This document shows, in pieces, positions 21,090 to 32,047 of a stretch of 64,000 nucleotides of DNA; position 1 is the stretch's first letter, and each line of letters begins with the position of its first letter. The stretch is from the NCBI GenBank assembly GCA_963665615.2, contig CAXXQE010000008.1:372001-436000 (forward strand), written 5' to 3'. Under the pieces are notes generated by a model. That model was not told the DNA's origin. It made no database searches and worked only from the letters and a program-made list of their open reading frames with translations. The position numbers and the translations under genes were made by a program. Source of the DNA: Syntrophales bacterium (GTDB lineage Bacteria; Desulfobacterota; Syntrophia; Syntrophales; UBA4778).

Positions 21090-23169
21090 CTACGATTCGC
21101 CGACAGAAGACCCCTTCGGCAAACCCATCGCCTCCAGGACTATCTCCGCAATATCGAGCACGGTCATCTTCTCCGTCATATTCCGGTCTTTCAGCCCATC
21201 ACTCAGCATAGTCATACAGAACGGACAGGCCGTGCACACCTTATCCGCTTGGGTGGCGATCGCCATATCCGTCCGGGCATTGTTGATGCGGTCGCCATGT
21301 TCTTCCATCCACATGCGCGCGCCGCCGGCGCCGCAGCAGAAGCTGCGATCATGGCTTTTTTCCATCTCCGCCAGTTTGAGTCCTGGGATGGCTGTAAGCG
21401 CCTGCCTCGGCTGATCGTAGATCTTGTTGTAACGGCCGAGGAAGCAGGAATCGTGCAATGTGACGACGCCGTCCAAGCCATTCTTCAGCTTGATCTTACC
21501 CTTGGCGATCAGGTCGGCAATGATTTCGGTGTGGTGATAAACCTCGTAGTTGCCACCGAGCAACGGATAGTCCTTTTTGATGGTGTTATAGCCGTGGGGA
21601 CAGATCGTGATGATCTTCTTGACCCCGTAGCCGTTCAGCGTATCGATATTGTACTGCGCCAACGCCTGGTAGAGGTATTCGTTACCGCCTCTCAGCGCGG
21701 AGTCGCCGCAACAGCCCTCTTCGGTTCCCAGAATCGCAAAGCTGACGCCAGCCTCCATCAGAATCCTGGCAAAGGCGACAGAGATCTTCTTGCCACGATC
21801 ATCGAAGGAGCCGGAACAGCCGATATACAGAAGATACTCGACATTGGCGTCTTCCGCCATCGTCTTGACGCCGAGATCCTTGGCCCAGTCCGCGCGAAGA
21901 TGCGTACCGATCCCCCAGGGATTGGAGTTGTTCTCCATATTCCGGTAGGTCAACTGCAACTCGGGGGTAAAGTCGGCCTCCATAAGAACCTTATAGCGCC
22001 TCATGTCTATGATCTTCGGAACATGCTCGATCCTAACCGGACAGTGTTCCATACAGTGCATACAGTTGGTGCAATCCCAGATCTCATGAACCCCGACGAC
22101 ATCGTTGATGAGGGATTTTTCCGACTCCGGCACCTCGGCACCCGTCTTCTTGCCCTCAGCAAAAAGCGGCGCCCGCTCCAGCCAGTGATCCTTGATCCTC
22201 TGTATCACTTCCTTCGGGGACAGATGCTTGCCGGTCAAGTACGCCGGGCAGCCATCCTGGCAGCGCCCGCAACGGGTACAGGCATCGGAATCGAAGATCT
22301 GCTTCCAGGTGAACTCGTCAAGCTTGCCGACGCCGAAGCTCTCCGCATTCTCAAAGTCGCGGATCGGTTCCAGGTAACCCGTCGGCTTCAAGGACTTCAT
22401 GAGTTGATTGGCTGGAGCCGTCACGATATGAAGCAGTCTCGAATAGGGGATATAGGCAATGAGCCCCACGGCACAGATAGCGTGGAACCACCAGGTAATG
22501 GCGTGGGCCATCTTGAGTGTCGGCAGGCTAAGACCCTGGAACAGAAGACCCGTCGCATAGCCGGCAAAGGACCACTTTTCAAAATCCGGAAAACCGAAGG
22601 CCGCAATTCGTAGGCCTTCAATAACAAACCCGGTCACCATGATGACCAGGATCAAAATCAACACAATGGCGTCATCGGGACGATTGTCGATCTCGCCCTT
22701 GAAGCCGAGCCGGTCAGGTTTCTGAACATACCGACGGAACATGGCCATCAGAATACCGACGATGGCTGCCAGTCCGAATACTTCAAAGAGAAATGAGAAA
22801 GTGAGGTAGGGTTTCCCAAGAAAATGGATTCCCGTGTAAAACTGAAAGGCGTCAAAGGCGGCGCCCCAGATCAAAACGAAAAAAGCAAAAAAGATCAATC
22901 CGTGAATCAGGCCAGGGTAAAAGTCCCGCCAAACCGGGAGCTGAACGATACCATCCCAGAACAGGGCCTTGATTCTCGTCCCGATGTTGTCAAACCGCAA
23001 CTCGGGCTTCCCCATGGCCACCCAGAGCTTATAGCGGTTATAGAGGCCATACGCCCATAATGGCGATGCCGATAAGAGCCAGTATATCCAGAGGGAACTG
23101 GAAGGCCTTGGCGTTCCAGAAAACTTCGCGCCCCTCATTGCCACCGGCAGAATATATCATCGTCTCCAT
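21090..23169 (-). CDS. Membrane Fe-S oxidoreductase (NarI-like + 4Fe-4S + CCG; ETF:menaquinone oxidoreductase type), one extra base near 23055
   Basis: CTRCGRC, CTNCMHC..CP, two CCG domains; native N-terminus METM..GREVFWN from ATG 23169 with GGAGGG RBS lies in another frame. Confidence 0.85.
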
Positions 23170-23201
23170 GCGATTATTCCCTCCCCTTTCTGCCGCTTTT
23201 T

Positions 23202-23236
23202 AAAAAGCGGGGTCGGATAGCATCATCCGACCCCGC
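23202..23236 (-). terminator. Intra-operon terminator-like hairpin between etfA and EMO
   Basis: 12-bp stem GCGGGGTCGGAT/ATCCGACCCCGC then T5 on the minus strand. Confidence 0.7.
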
Positions 23237-23247
23237 ATCGTATATGT

Positions 23248-24228
23248 TTATTCAGCAAGCAGCTTCTTGCATTGAGCAGTCATCTCAGGGACAACCTTAA
23301 ACAGGTCATCCACGATACCGTAATCCGCCTTCTGGAAGATAGGCGCTTCTGCATCCTTGTTGATTGCAACGATATATTTCGAGGAGCTCATTCCCGCCAG
23401 ATGCTGAATGGCGCCCGAGATACCGCAGGCAATATAGAGGTTCGGCGACACGGTCTTGCCCGTCTGACCGACCTGATCCTTCAATGGCCTCCAGCCGGCA
23501 TCGACTGCGGCCCTGGAGGCGCCAACGGCTCCCTTCAGAACGGCAGCCAGCTCTTCCAGAAGCGCATAGCCTTCCGGCCCCTTCATGCCACGACCACCGG
23601 ATATGATGATATTGGCTTCGGAAACATCCAGAACACCGCTGCTATCCTTCTGCACTTCTACGACCTTGGTCTTCAGGGATGCAGCATCGAGCGCCGGATC
23701 GAATTTGACGACCTCGCCGGCCTTCGCCGTCTCGACAACCGGAAACACATTGGGTCTCAAAGAGGCCATCTGGGGAGTACCCGAAACAACCACTTCTCCA
23801 TAGCACTTCCCGGCATACATCGGGCGAATCGCGACCAGCTTGCCGCCATCAATTCGGACGTCCGTGCAATCGCTGGCCATACCGGTGGCCAGTTTACCCA
23901 CCAGGCGCGCTGACAGATCTTTGCCCTGCGCACTGGCAGCCAGCAGCAAAATGGATGGATCATTCTCCTTAACCACCTTGGCCACGGCCGCAGCGTGGGC
24001 ATCTGTCGTATAGGGTTCCAATGCGGCATTGTCCGCCACATAGACTTTATCTACGCCATATTTACCGAGTTGGCTCGCCGAGGCTTCCACACCGGCGCCC
24101 AGCACGACAGCGGCGACCTCTTCACCCAACTGGTCGGCAAGCTTTCTGGCTGTGCTGGCGAGCTCATACGACACCTTACGAAAGGCGCCGTCTCTTAGTT
24201 CCGCTACTATCCATACACCTTTTGACAT
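23248..24228 (-). CDS. etfA: Electron transfer flavoprotein alpha
   Basis: SGGRG, GASRAAVDAG, QVGQTGK, GISGAIQH. Confidence 0.97.
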   Translation of the reverse strand: MSKGVWIVAELRDGAFRKVSYELASTARKLADQLGEEVAAVVLGAGVEASASQLGKYGVDKVYVADNAALEPYTTDAHAAAVAKVVKENDPSILLLAASAQGKDLSARLVGKLATGMASDCTDVRIDGGKLVAIRPMYAGKCYGEVVVSGTPQMASLRPNVFPVVETAKAGEVVKFDPALDAASLKTKVVEVQKDSSGVLDVSEANIIISGGRGMKGPEGYALLEELAAVLKGAVGASRAAVDAGWRPLKDQVGQTGKTVSPNLYIACGISGAIQHLAGMSSSKYIVAINKDAEAPIFQKADYGIVDDLFKVVPEMTAQCKKLLAE

Positions 24229-24254
24229 ATTGTAACCTCCCTCTTCTGGTCTAA

Positions 24255-25025
24255 TTAGATAACCTTCGCCTCTTCTCTCAAAAGCTTGCAGACTGCCGCT
24301 GCTTTTTGAGCTGGATCTTCACCTTCAACAATCTTTCCAGGAGGTCTAGCCGGAGGCGGTACGGTTTTCGCGACACTTGCCTTAACGTCCACGCCAATGC
24401 CAAGGGCTGCTGCATTCTTTACATCAACCGGTTTTTTCTTGGCCTTCATAATGCCGGGAAGCGACGCGTAACGGGGCTCATTCAAACCCTTTTGAGCTGT
24501 TACCAGGCAGGGAAGCGGGCTTTCAATCACAAGCTGTGCGCCTTCAATGGGGCGAACAGCCTTGACGGACTTATCGGCAACTTCGAGTTTCGTAACGATC
24601 GTAAGTTGGGGAACATCGAGCAGTTCCGCCAGAACGGCGCCAACCTGGCCGGCGTCATCATCAATGGCCCGCTGACCACAGAAGATGATGTCATAGGGAA
24701 GTCCCTTAATAGCGGCCGCCAGCGCGGAGGCCGTCGTATAGGCATCGGCGCCATACAATGCAGGGTCATCAATATGAATCCCCTTATCGGCCCCCATAGC
24801 CAGGGCAGTCCGGATAGTTTCCATGGTCCTTGCCGGCCCGACAGAAATGATCGTTACTTCGCCACCCAGTTTTTCCTTCAGTCTCAAGGCTTCTTCGACA
24901 CCAAATTCATCATAGGGATTCATAACCCACTTGATGCCGTCTTCAACAATTCCGGAACCGTCTGATTTCACCTTAATCAAGGCTTCCGTGTCCGGAACTT
25001 GCTTTACACACGCAATAATGTTCAC
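24255..25025 (-). CDS. etfB: Electron transfer flavoprotein beta
   Basis: CVKQVPD, NPYDE, NEPRYASL; GTG 25025 with AAAGGAGG RBS. Confidence 0.97.
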   Translation of the reverse strand: MNIIACVKQVPDTEALIKVKSDGSGIVEDGIKWVMNPYDEFGVEEALRLKEKLGGEVTIISVGPARTMETIRTALAMGADKGIHIDDPALYGADAYTTASALAAAIKGLPYDIIFCGQRAIDDDAGQVGAVLAELLDVPQLTIVTKLEVADKSVKAVRPIEGAQLVIESPLPCLVTAQKGLNEPRYASLPGIMKAKKKPVDVKNAAALGIGVDVKASVAKTVPPPARPPGKIVEGEDPAQKAAAVCKLLREEAKVI

Positions 25026-25146
25026 AATTTCTCCTCCTTTTCCGGATGAAAACCCGGCAGACCCAATTTTTTCAGGATCTGCCGGGTAATCGGATTTACA
25101 TAAACTCCCACCCGGCAAGCACGCCGGGCACACTTACTACTACAAA

Positions 25147-27118
25147 CTACAATCTGTTCTTGACGATGTCGTCCACAACCGACGGATCGGCCAGGGTCGA
25201 GGTATCACCCAGGTTACTGACGTCGTTGGCGGCAACTCTCTTGAGGATTCTTCTCATGATCTTGCCGCTACGGGTCTTGGGAAGGCCATCGGCCCACTGG
25301 ATCTTCTCCGGCGTTGCAATGGGCCCGATCAGCGTACGGACATGGGCAATGAGCTCTTTTCTCAGCTCTTCCGTTTTCTCTATGCCGCTCTTCAAGGTGA
25401 CATAGGCATAGATCGACTGTCCCCTTCAGGTCATGCGGATAACCGACGACCGCGGCCTCGGCGACCTTCGGATGAGCAACCAGGGCGCTTTCCACCTCGG
25501 CGGTTCCCATTCTGTGACCGGACACGTTGATGACGTCGTCGATACGGCCGGTAATCTGATAGTAGCCGTCCTTATCCCTGCGGCAGCCGTCGCCCGTCAC
25601 ATAGTAACCGGGGAACTGCTCGAAGTAGGTCTCCTGGAAGCGCTTGGGATCGCCATAGACGCCGCGCATGAGGCCGGGCCACGGACGTTTGATGCACAGG
25701 GCGCCTGAGGCTTCCGTCTCGGTGAACTCCTTGCCCTCGTCATCCAGCAGGACCGGCTCGACGCCGAAGAAGGGCATCGTCGCCATGCCGGGTTTGATAT
25801 CGATCGCACCGGGCAACGGGGTAATCAGGATGCCGCCCGTTTCGGTCTGCCACCAGGTGTCCACGATGGGGCATTCGCCGCGGCCGATTACGTTATAATA
25901 CCAGTTCCAGGCCTCGGGATTGATCGGCTCACCGACGGATCCAAGGATTCTCAGCGAAGAGATATCGGCCTTCTTCACCCACTCATCGCCTTCCTTAGCC
26001 ACTGAACGGATAGCCGTCGGGGCGGTATAGAAGATATTGACTTTGTATTTTTCTACGACCTTCCAGAAGCGGCTCACATCGGGGTAGTTGGGAACACCCT
26101 CGAACATGATCGATGTGGCGCCGTTGCAAAGCGGACCATAGACGATGTAGCTGTGGCCGGTCACCCAGCCGATATCGGCGGTGCACCAGTAAATGTCGTC
26201 CTCTTTATAATCGAAAACGATTTTATGGGTATAGGCCGCGTAAGCCAGGTAACCACCGGTCGTATGCAGAACGCCCTTGGGCTTTCCAGTGGAACCGGAG
26301 GTGTAGAGGATGAAGAGGGGGTCTTCCGCGTCCATCCACTCGGGCTCGCAGACCGCACCGGCCTTGGCCATTTCGTCTTCCCACCACAAGTCGCGGCTGG
26401 CATCCCAGTTGACCTTGATCTTGTCGCCGACGCGATTCACGACAATCTGATTCTTGACAGAGGGACATTCCTTAACCGCCGCATCGGCGTTGTCCTTTTG
26501 GGGGATCGCTTTGGCGCCTCGGTAGGTGCCATCGCAGGTGATGAGCAGCTTGGCCTGGCAGTCTTGAATTCTGTCACGCAGAGCCTCCGCACTGAACCCG
26601 CCGAAGGTAATGCAGTGAATGGCGCCGATACGGGTGCAAGCCAGCATCGCAATAGCCAATTCCGGAATCATGGGCAGATAGATCGCGACGCGATCACCTT
26701 TGCCAACGCCGTGCGACTTGAGAACATTGGCGAACTTGCAAACCTTCTCATGCAGCATTTTGTAAGTGAGCGCCAGATCGTCGGTCGGCTCATTGCCTTC
26801 AAACTGAATCGCCACCTTGTCAGCGCGGGTCGCCAAATGTCTGTCCAGACAGTTGTAGGCGACATTGAGCTTTCCGCCTTCAAAGAATTTCACATAGACA
26901 GGGCCTTTCTTCATATCGAAGTTGTAGTCCATGACCTTTTCAAAAGGCTTGAACCACGACACCGTCTCTTTAGCGACTTCAGACCAGAAAGCCTCAGGCT
27001 CCTCGATGGAGCGCTTCCACATCTTGTCATAGGCCTCTCGACCGCTGACATAAGCCATCTTTTTGATTTTTTCAGGTACGGGATAAATTTCTTTCAATTC
27101 AACTTTTGCGTCTGCCAT
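25147..27118 (-). CDS. acs: AMP-forming acetyl-CoA synthetase, one extra base at 25421-25424
   Basis: [31 protein letters not shown] in the downstream frame; removing one G restores KGQSIYAYV. Confidence 0.95.
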
Positions 27119-27442
27119 GCTATTAAATTCCTCCATGTGTGCTATTTTTTAATTTCAACCCTGTTTTAGCTTTCTTCTATCCAACCTTTTTATATGTCAA
27201 ACCTTGAAAAATCGGGCAGTCCCAAGCCAAGGCATTGTGTAGGCAGACTGTGCAATGCAGTGAAAATGGTTGTTGATTTTTAGCACGCAAGGAAATCGGG
27301 CGGTCTTCTCCGTAAATGTGTAGCACAATCAAAAAGGTACGCTTTATTACCACTGTGGGTTTAGGGAACATAAAATAGCAGTATCGGGCATGTCAAGAAA
27401 AAAATATGGACGTAAGGGCTGGCCACGATGGACAAATTGTCC

Positions 27443-27472
27443 TTGACAGAGCCTACGATAAGATGCTAAGAA
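27443..27472 (+). promoter_or_regulatory. Possible sigma70 promoter with upstream palindrome
   Basis: TTGACA-18-TAAGAA; GGACAA-A-TTGTCC at 27430-27442. Confidence 0.35.
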
Positions 27473-27495
27473 AAACAACAGCATAGGAGCTAAAA

Positions 27496-28587
27496 GTGAA
27501 CCGACTGGCTGGGATTTTTTTTATCGTCGCATTGTTGTGCCTTTGGGGCGCGCACGCGGTTTGCCTTGCCGAAGACAAGGTGTCTCAGCAGACAATCCTT
27601 GAGAACCCTTTGCCGTCGTCTTTTGACCAACAGCAGCCGTTATCCGATACAAATGCCGCGCTAACAGATACCATTTTTGATCTTGATTCTACTGCTTATC
27701 GGCTTACCCCCCTGTCTATGCCATCTTTCCATCATCCCTGGCAACGCTCAAGGAATGATGGAAAGGTAAACATAACCCAGGCAGATCCCAACCGCCAGGA
27801 TCTCATCGATCCGTCGTTCAATTGGACCATGTTCTATCGTACCCCCTATTGGCTTACTTCAATCCGGGCCATCTCCCGATATCTTGACGGTCCGATTCAA
27901 GTTTTTGAAGTTGTGCCTAAAACGGAGACCCCGATTACTATATGGAATGGCATCCCGGGCTCATTATGTCTCAGCGGAAACCTGATTTTTCATGCAGCAT
28001 CTCTTGACCGAAATGACGGGCTTTTGTCCTACTTCGACAGCAACCTGACCCGAGGATTTAATGCCTCTGCACGGGCAACTTACAGAACCGGCTCTGCCTA
28101 TCTGGGGTCTGCATTTACTTTTCTGCAACAGCAAACTCCTTTTAATCTGGTAAACAACGGCATCTTTTCTGGCGGCGAAAATGCCATGCCCATCCTCATA
28201 TTTCTAAATGCCGACCGAGGTCGCGCTCTCGGACAGACAGCTATATTATTCGGGGGATTGGATCCGTTATATGCAACAGCCTATGGTGTCGACATCTCGC
28301 GGAACATGTTCCTGCACCAGTCTTTTGCTGGTTGGAGGGCAACCCCGGGGTTTGATTTCAATGTGACTTTTAGTCTGGCGCGACTCGATCTGGGGCTTTG
28401 TAACCCTTTAACGGACGAAATCGGGCGCGAGTTGGACTTTACAGCGTCCTATCGAATCCTGGACAACCTTAATTTTATGGCTGCTTTCGGCTTCTTGTGG
28501 ACGGGAGATGCACTGAAACACGCGACGCCAGGCTACAACTTGCAGACAGATTGGCTCTTAATGCACCGACTGACATTGAGCTTTTGA
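27496..28587 (+). CDS. Putative outer-membrane beta-barrel protein
   Basis: Signal peptide; amphipathic C-terminal strands GRELDFTASYRILDNL...HRLTLSF ending in Phe. Confidence 0.65.
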   Translation: MNRLAGIFFIVALLCLWGAHAVCLAEDKVSQQTILENPLPSSFDQQQPLSDTNAALTDTIFDLDSTAYRLTPLSMPSFHHPWQRSRNDGKVNITQADPNRQDLIDPSFNWTMFYRTPYWLTSIRAISRYLDGPIQVFEVVPKTETPITIWNGIPGSLCLSGNLIFHAASLDRNDGLLSYFDSNLTRGFNASARATYRTGSAYLGSAFTFLQQQTPFNLVNNGIFSGGENAMPILIFLNADRGRALGQTAILFGGLDPLYATAYGVDISRNMFLHQSFAGWRATPGFDFNVTFSLARLDLGLCNPLTDEIGRELDFTASYRILDNLNFMAAFGFLWTGDALKHATPGYNLQTDWLLMHRLTLSF

Positions 28588-28626
28588 TGCATCGCAACTG
28601 CTTCCCCGTCCGTGCATAGTAGTCCT

Positions 28627-28652
28627 AACCCCGGGAGGCGCCGGGGTTTTTT
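28627..28652 (+). terminator. Intrinsic terminator
   Basis: AACCCCGG-gaggcg-CCGGGGTT-TTTT. Confidence 0.75.
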
Positions 28653-28686
28653 AAATGTACTACCTCATAAAAAAACGGAGAATTTC

Positions 28687-28890
28687 ATGCCGCTGTTTGA
28701 TTTTGAATGTTTAAAGTGTCACCACGTTTTTGAAACCTTTTTGAAGGCAGATGAAACTCCCGATGATCTGCAATGTCCGAAATGCAATAAAAAAAACCCG
28801 ATCAAACTGCCCTCTACCTTTAAGACGCAAGGTTGGTCTCAATTCCTCGATAACATGGAAAAACGCGTCAACCCCGGCAAGTTCAAATAA
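28687..28890 (+). CDS. FmdB family zinc-ribbon protein
   Basis: MPLFDFECLKCHHVFE...CPKC; GGAG RBS. Confidence 0.85.
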   Translation: MPLFDFECLKCHHVFETFLKADETPDDLQCPKCNKKNPIKLPSTFKTQGWSQFLDNMEKRVNPGKFK

Positions 28891-28914
28891 GTCCGCCAAG
28901 AGGAGCTATCAACC

Positions 28915-30543
28915 ATCAAAAAGGTAATCGGCAATCTGACTGGCCTGAAAGCTGCCCAGCTTCACAAGCTCGAGTTGCTCTATCGCAGAAAGATTCCCGC
29001 CGACAAGGTGGTAACCCAAGAGCTTGCGCGCACTCTCGCAGAAAGCTCTGCGGAAATCAACCGACAGGTGGGCATTCTGCTCACCCGCAAGGGAGAGGTG
29101 GATTATGTCATCGTCGGAGATCACAAGAAAATCGTCATTCCGGAACTAACACGACTCCGTGCATCGACCACCCGTCTGAAAGGCCTTCGCCTGATCCATA
29201 CCCACCTCAACCAGGAGCCGTTGACCCACGATGACCTGACGGACCTGGCGCTGCTGCGACTCGATCTGGTTGCGGCCATTGGTCTCGAAGCAGGCGGATT
29301 TCCCGGCAAAGCGTTTCTCGCGCACCTCCTCCCGGAAAATCCGGCCAATCAATTCTGGACCACCCTTGACCCCGTTGCCGTCCCGCAGATCGATATTGAT
29401 TTTCAGGACTTCATCCAGGCGCTGGAGGAGGAATTCGTCAGATCTCAGCGGACACGCAAGGTCGAAGCGGAAAATCGGGCCATCCTCGTCCGCATCGACA
29501 CGGGCAGGCCGGATGAAGACCAATACGCCATCGAGGAACTCCGCGAACTGGCCGCGTCATCGGGGGTACAAGTTTTCGACGCCTTTACGCAGCGACGGCC
29601 GCAGCCTGATCCCAAATACGTCCTGGGCAAGGGTAAGCTCTCCGAGTTGGTCATCAAGGCGCTGCAGATCGGTGCCAACCTGTTGATCTTCGACTGCGAA
29701 CTGACGCCGGCCCAGGTTCGCTCGATCAGCGAGTGCACCGAGTTGAAGGTCATCGATCGAACACAACTCATTCTCGACATCTTCGCGCAGCGGGCGCACA
29801 GCAGGGAGGGAAAAATCCAAGTCGAGTTGGCGCAACTACGGTACCTCCTGCCGAGGCTCACCGAAAAGAATACTGCGATGTCGCGGCTCACGGGCGGCAT
29901 CGGCGGCCGCGGACCGGGTGAGACCAAGCTCGAAATCAATCGACGCCGAACCCGGGATCGGATCACGCATCTGGAGCAGGATCTCGTAAAAGTCAGGAAG
30001 GACCGGGGACAACGGCGGTTGAGACGGGAGCGTCACGGGCTGCCGGTCATCTCGATCGTCGGTTACACCAATGCAGGCAAATCCACGTTGCTCAACACAC
30101 TCACCCAGAGCGATGTGCTGGCCGAGAACCGTCTCTTTGCCACCCTCGATCCGAAAAGCGCGCGGCTGCGCTTCCCGCGCGACACCGAGGCGATCATCAC
30201 CGATACGGTCGGTTTCATCCGGTCCCTGCCACAGGAACTCATGGACGCCTTCCGCTCGACGCTCGAAGAACTCAACGACGCGGACATCCTGCTCCACATC
30301 ATCGATATCAGCAATCCGGATTTTGAAAATCAGATGACGGCCGTGGAAAAGATCCTGCAGGACCTCGACCTTCAGAATAAACCCGTTATCCGCATCTTCA
30401 ACAAGGCGGATCGTTTTGCCGACAAAAAGATTCTGGCAATCCTCGCAAACCGCTTTCAAGCGATCCCCTTGAGCGCTATTGACAGAAAAACCCTTGCCCC
30501 GCTGCTTAATAAGCTGGAAATGATTACAGGTGGGTGCGGCTGA
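28915..30543 (+). CDS. hflX: GTPase HflX, long N-terminal form; probable ATC start
   Basis: LILDIFAQRA, GGRGPGE, GYTNAGKS, DTVGF, NKAD. Confidence 0.95.
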   Translation: MKKVIGNLTGLKAAQLHKLELLYRRKIPADKVVTQELARTLAESSAEINRQVGILLTRKGEVDYVIVGDHKKIVIPELTRLRASTTRLKGLRLIHTHLNQEPLTHDDLTDLALLRLDLVAAIGLEAGGFPGKAFLAHLLPENPANQFWTTLDPVAVPQIDIDFQDFIQALEEEFVRSQRTRKVEAENRAILVRIDTGRPDEDQYAIEELRELAASSGVQVFDAFTQRRPQPDPKYVLGKGKLSELVIKALQIGANLLIFDCELTPAQVRSISECTELKVIDRTQLILDIFAQRAHSREGKIQVELAQLRYLLPRLTEKNTAMSRLTGGIGGRGPGETKLEINRRRTRDRITHLEQDLVKVRKDRGQRRLRRERHGLPVISIVGYTNAGKSTLLNTLTQSDVLAENRLFATLDPKSARLRFPRDTEAIITDTVGFIRSLPQELMDAFRSTLEELNDADILLHIIDISNPDFENQMTAVEKILQDLDLQNKPVIRIFNKADRFADKKILAILANRFQAIPLSAIDRKTLAPLLNKLEMITGGCG

Positions 30544-30644
30544 AAACTGCGGTTGACGGTTGACCGTTATCAGTCCGCCACACTTTTCTCTACCTCTTTA
30601 ATGGCTATTGGCACAGCCAACTGATATCTTGAAAACAGAGCTGG

Positions 30645-31940
30645 CTAAGCTTTAAGAACGGATAAAATCAGATCCGCATATTTCTTCGAGGCGCCCTTGT
30701 TGGCGCTGACGATGCGTCGGGCCGCTTCGCCTCTGCGCCGCCACTCCTCTGGATCCCGCATCAGCCTGAGCGCTCCTGCAAAGAGTTCATCCGCGTTATG
30801 AACCGTCACGCCAGCCCCCGCCTCTTCCAGCAGGACTTTCTCGTCCATGAAGTCGTCCATGTGAAAACCAAAAAAGACAGGTTTACCCCAGGCAGCAGCT
30901 TCCAGAATGTTCTGACCACCGCGGGGAACCAGGCTTCCTCCGCAAAAAACAATCGACGCGAGACTATAGAGTCTGAACAGTTCACCGATCCGATCCACAA
31001 CGATCAGACGCTCGAATCGCCGCTGCTTGGCGGCCGATATCTCTGTCAGCCGGATCGTGTCATGAAAGCCGAGTCGCGCAGCCACTTCCATTACTTCCGC
31101 CGCCCGTTCGATATGGCGGGGCACCAGGATGAGGAGCATATCGGGATAATACTCAATCAACCGTCGATAGACCTCCAGGACAATCTCTTCCTCGCCGGGG
31201 TGGGTGCTGCCCGATACAAAGACGGGAACGCCTTCCGCGATACCCAGCAGCGTCATGAGGTTATTGCGGCTTGCATCATCTGTTCGCGATGCCAGGCCGT
31301 CGTATTTTGCATTTCCCAAAACCCGAACGGTTGACCGTGAAGCGCCTAACTCAACCAGCCGTTCACCGTCCTTTTCAGAAATCGCTCCGGCTCTTTCAAT
31401 CAATCCAAAAATACCGCGCCAGAAAAAACGCGTTGCCCGATATTTTCTGAAGGAACGGGGGGATATCCGCCCGTTGACGAGGAGGCAGCACACCCCTTGC
31501 CAACTCGCTTCTCTAATAAAGTTAGGCCAGATCTCCGTTTCAACGGCGACAAAGACATCCGGACGCACCAGTCGGAGCATCCGCCGGACAATCGGCTTAA
31601 AATCCAGCGGGAAGTAAATAAAATTATCGACGCCAGTTGCTATCTTGCGAGCCATCTGTTGGCCTGTTTCGGTGCTGGTCGACAACACAATACAGGCACC
31701 AGGCAGACGGTCGCGCACAACCTCGATAATGGGCGCGGCAGCGGTTACCTCGCCGACCGAAACGGCATGGATCCAAATCCGCGGCTCGCCAGACAGACTG
31801 GCAAAGCGTTTGGCAGAAACGCATCCCAACTTCGGTCCGATGCTCTTTCTGTATTTTCCTTTCACAAGTATCTTGAAACCGTAATAGGGAACCAGAAAAA
31901 GCAGACTGAGCCACAGTATAAGATTATAAAAAAAATACAT
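30645..31940 (-). CDS. waaA: Kdo transferase
   Basis: WIHAVSVGE, ETEIWPN, GNAKYD, GSTHPGE, VPRHIER, GGQNILE. Confidence 0.95.
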   Translation of the reverse strand: MYFFYNLILWLSLLFLVPYYGFKILVKGKYRKSIGPKLGCVSAKRFASLSGEPRIWIHAVSVGEVTAAAPIIEVVRDRLPGACIVLSTSTETGQQMARKIATGVDNFIYFPLDFKPIVRRMLRLVRPDVFVAVETEIWPNFIREASWQGVCCLLVNGRISPRSFRKYRATRFFWRGIFGLIERAGAISEKDGERLVELGASRSTVRVLGNAKYDGLASRTDDASRNNLMTLLGIAEGVPVFVSGSTHPGEEEIVLEVYRRLIEYYPDMLLILVPRHIERAAEVMEVAARLGFHDTIRLTEISAAKQRRFERLIVVDRIGELFRLYSLASIVFCGGSLVPRGGQNILEAAAWGKPVFFGFHMDDFMDEKVLLEEAGAGVTVHNADELFAGALRLMRDPEEWRRRGEAARRIVSANKGASKKYADLILSVLKA

Positions 31941-32018
31941 GCATCACCCCGAGCACCTCATCAGTGCCAGACAATAATGAGGAGGCCGGAAGGTGTCAAG
32001 ATGTTTTCTAAAATCCTC

Positions 32019-32047
32019 TTGACATGTTACACAATCTCGGTTATTGA
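32019..32047 (+). promoter_or_regulatory. Putative sigma70 promoter of rho
   Basis: TTGACA-17-TATTGA. Confidence 0.5.

Noticed and set aside
25147..25395. Separate 82-aa gene
   Set aside because: It is the frameshifted C-terminus of acs
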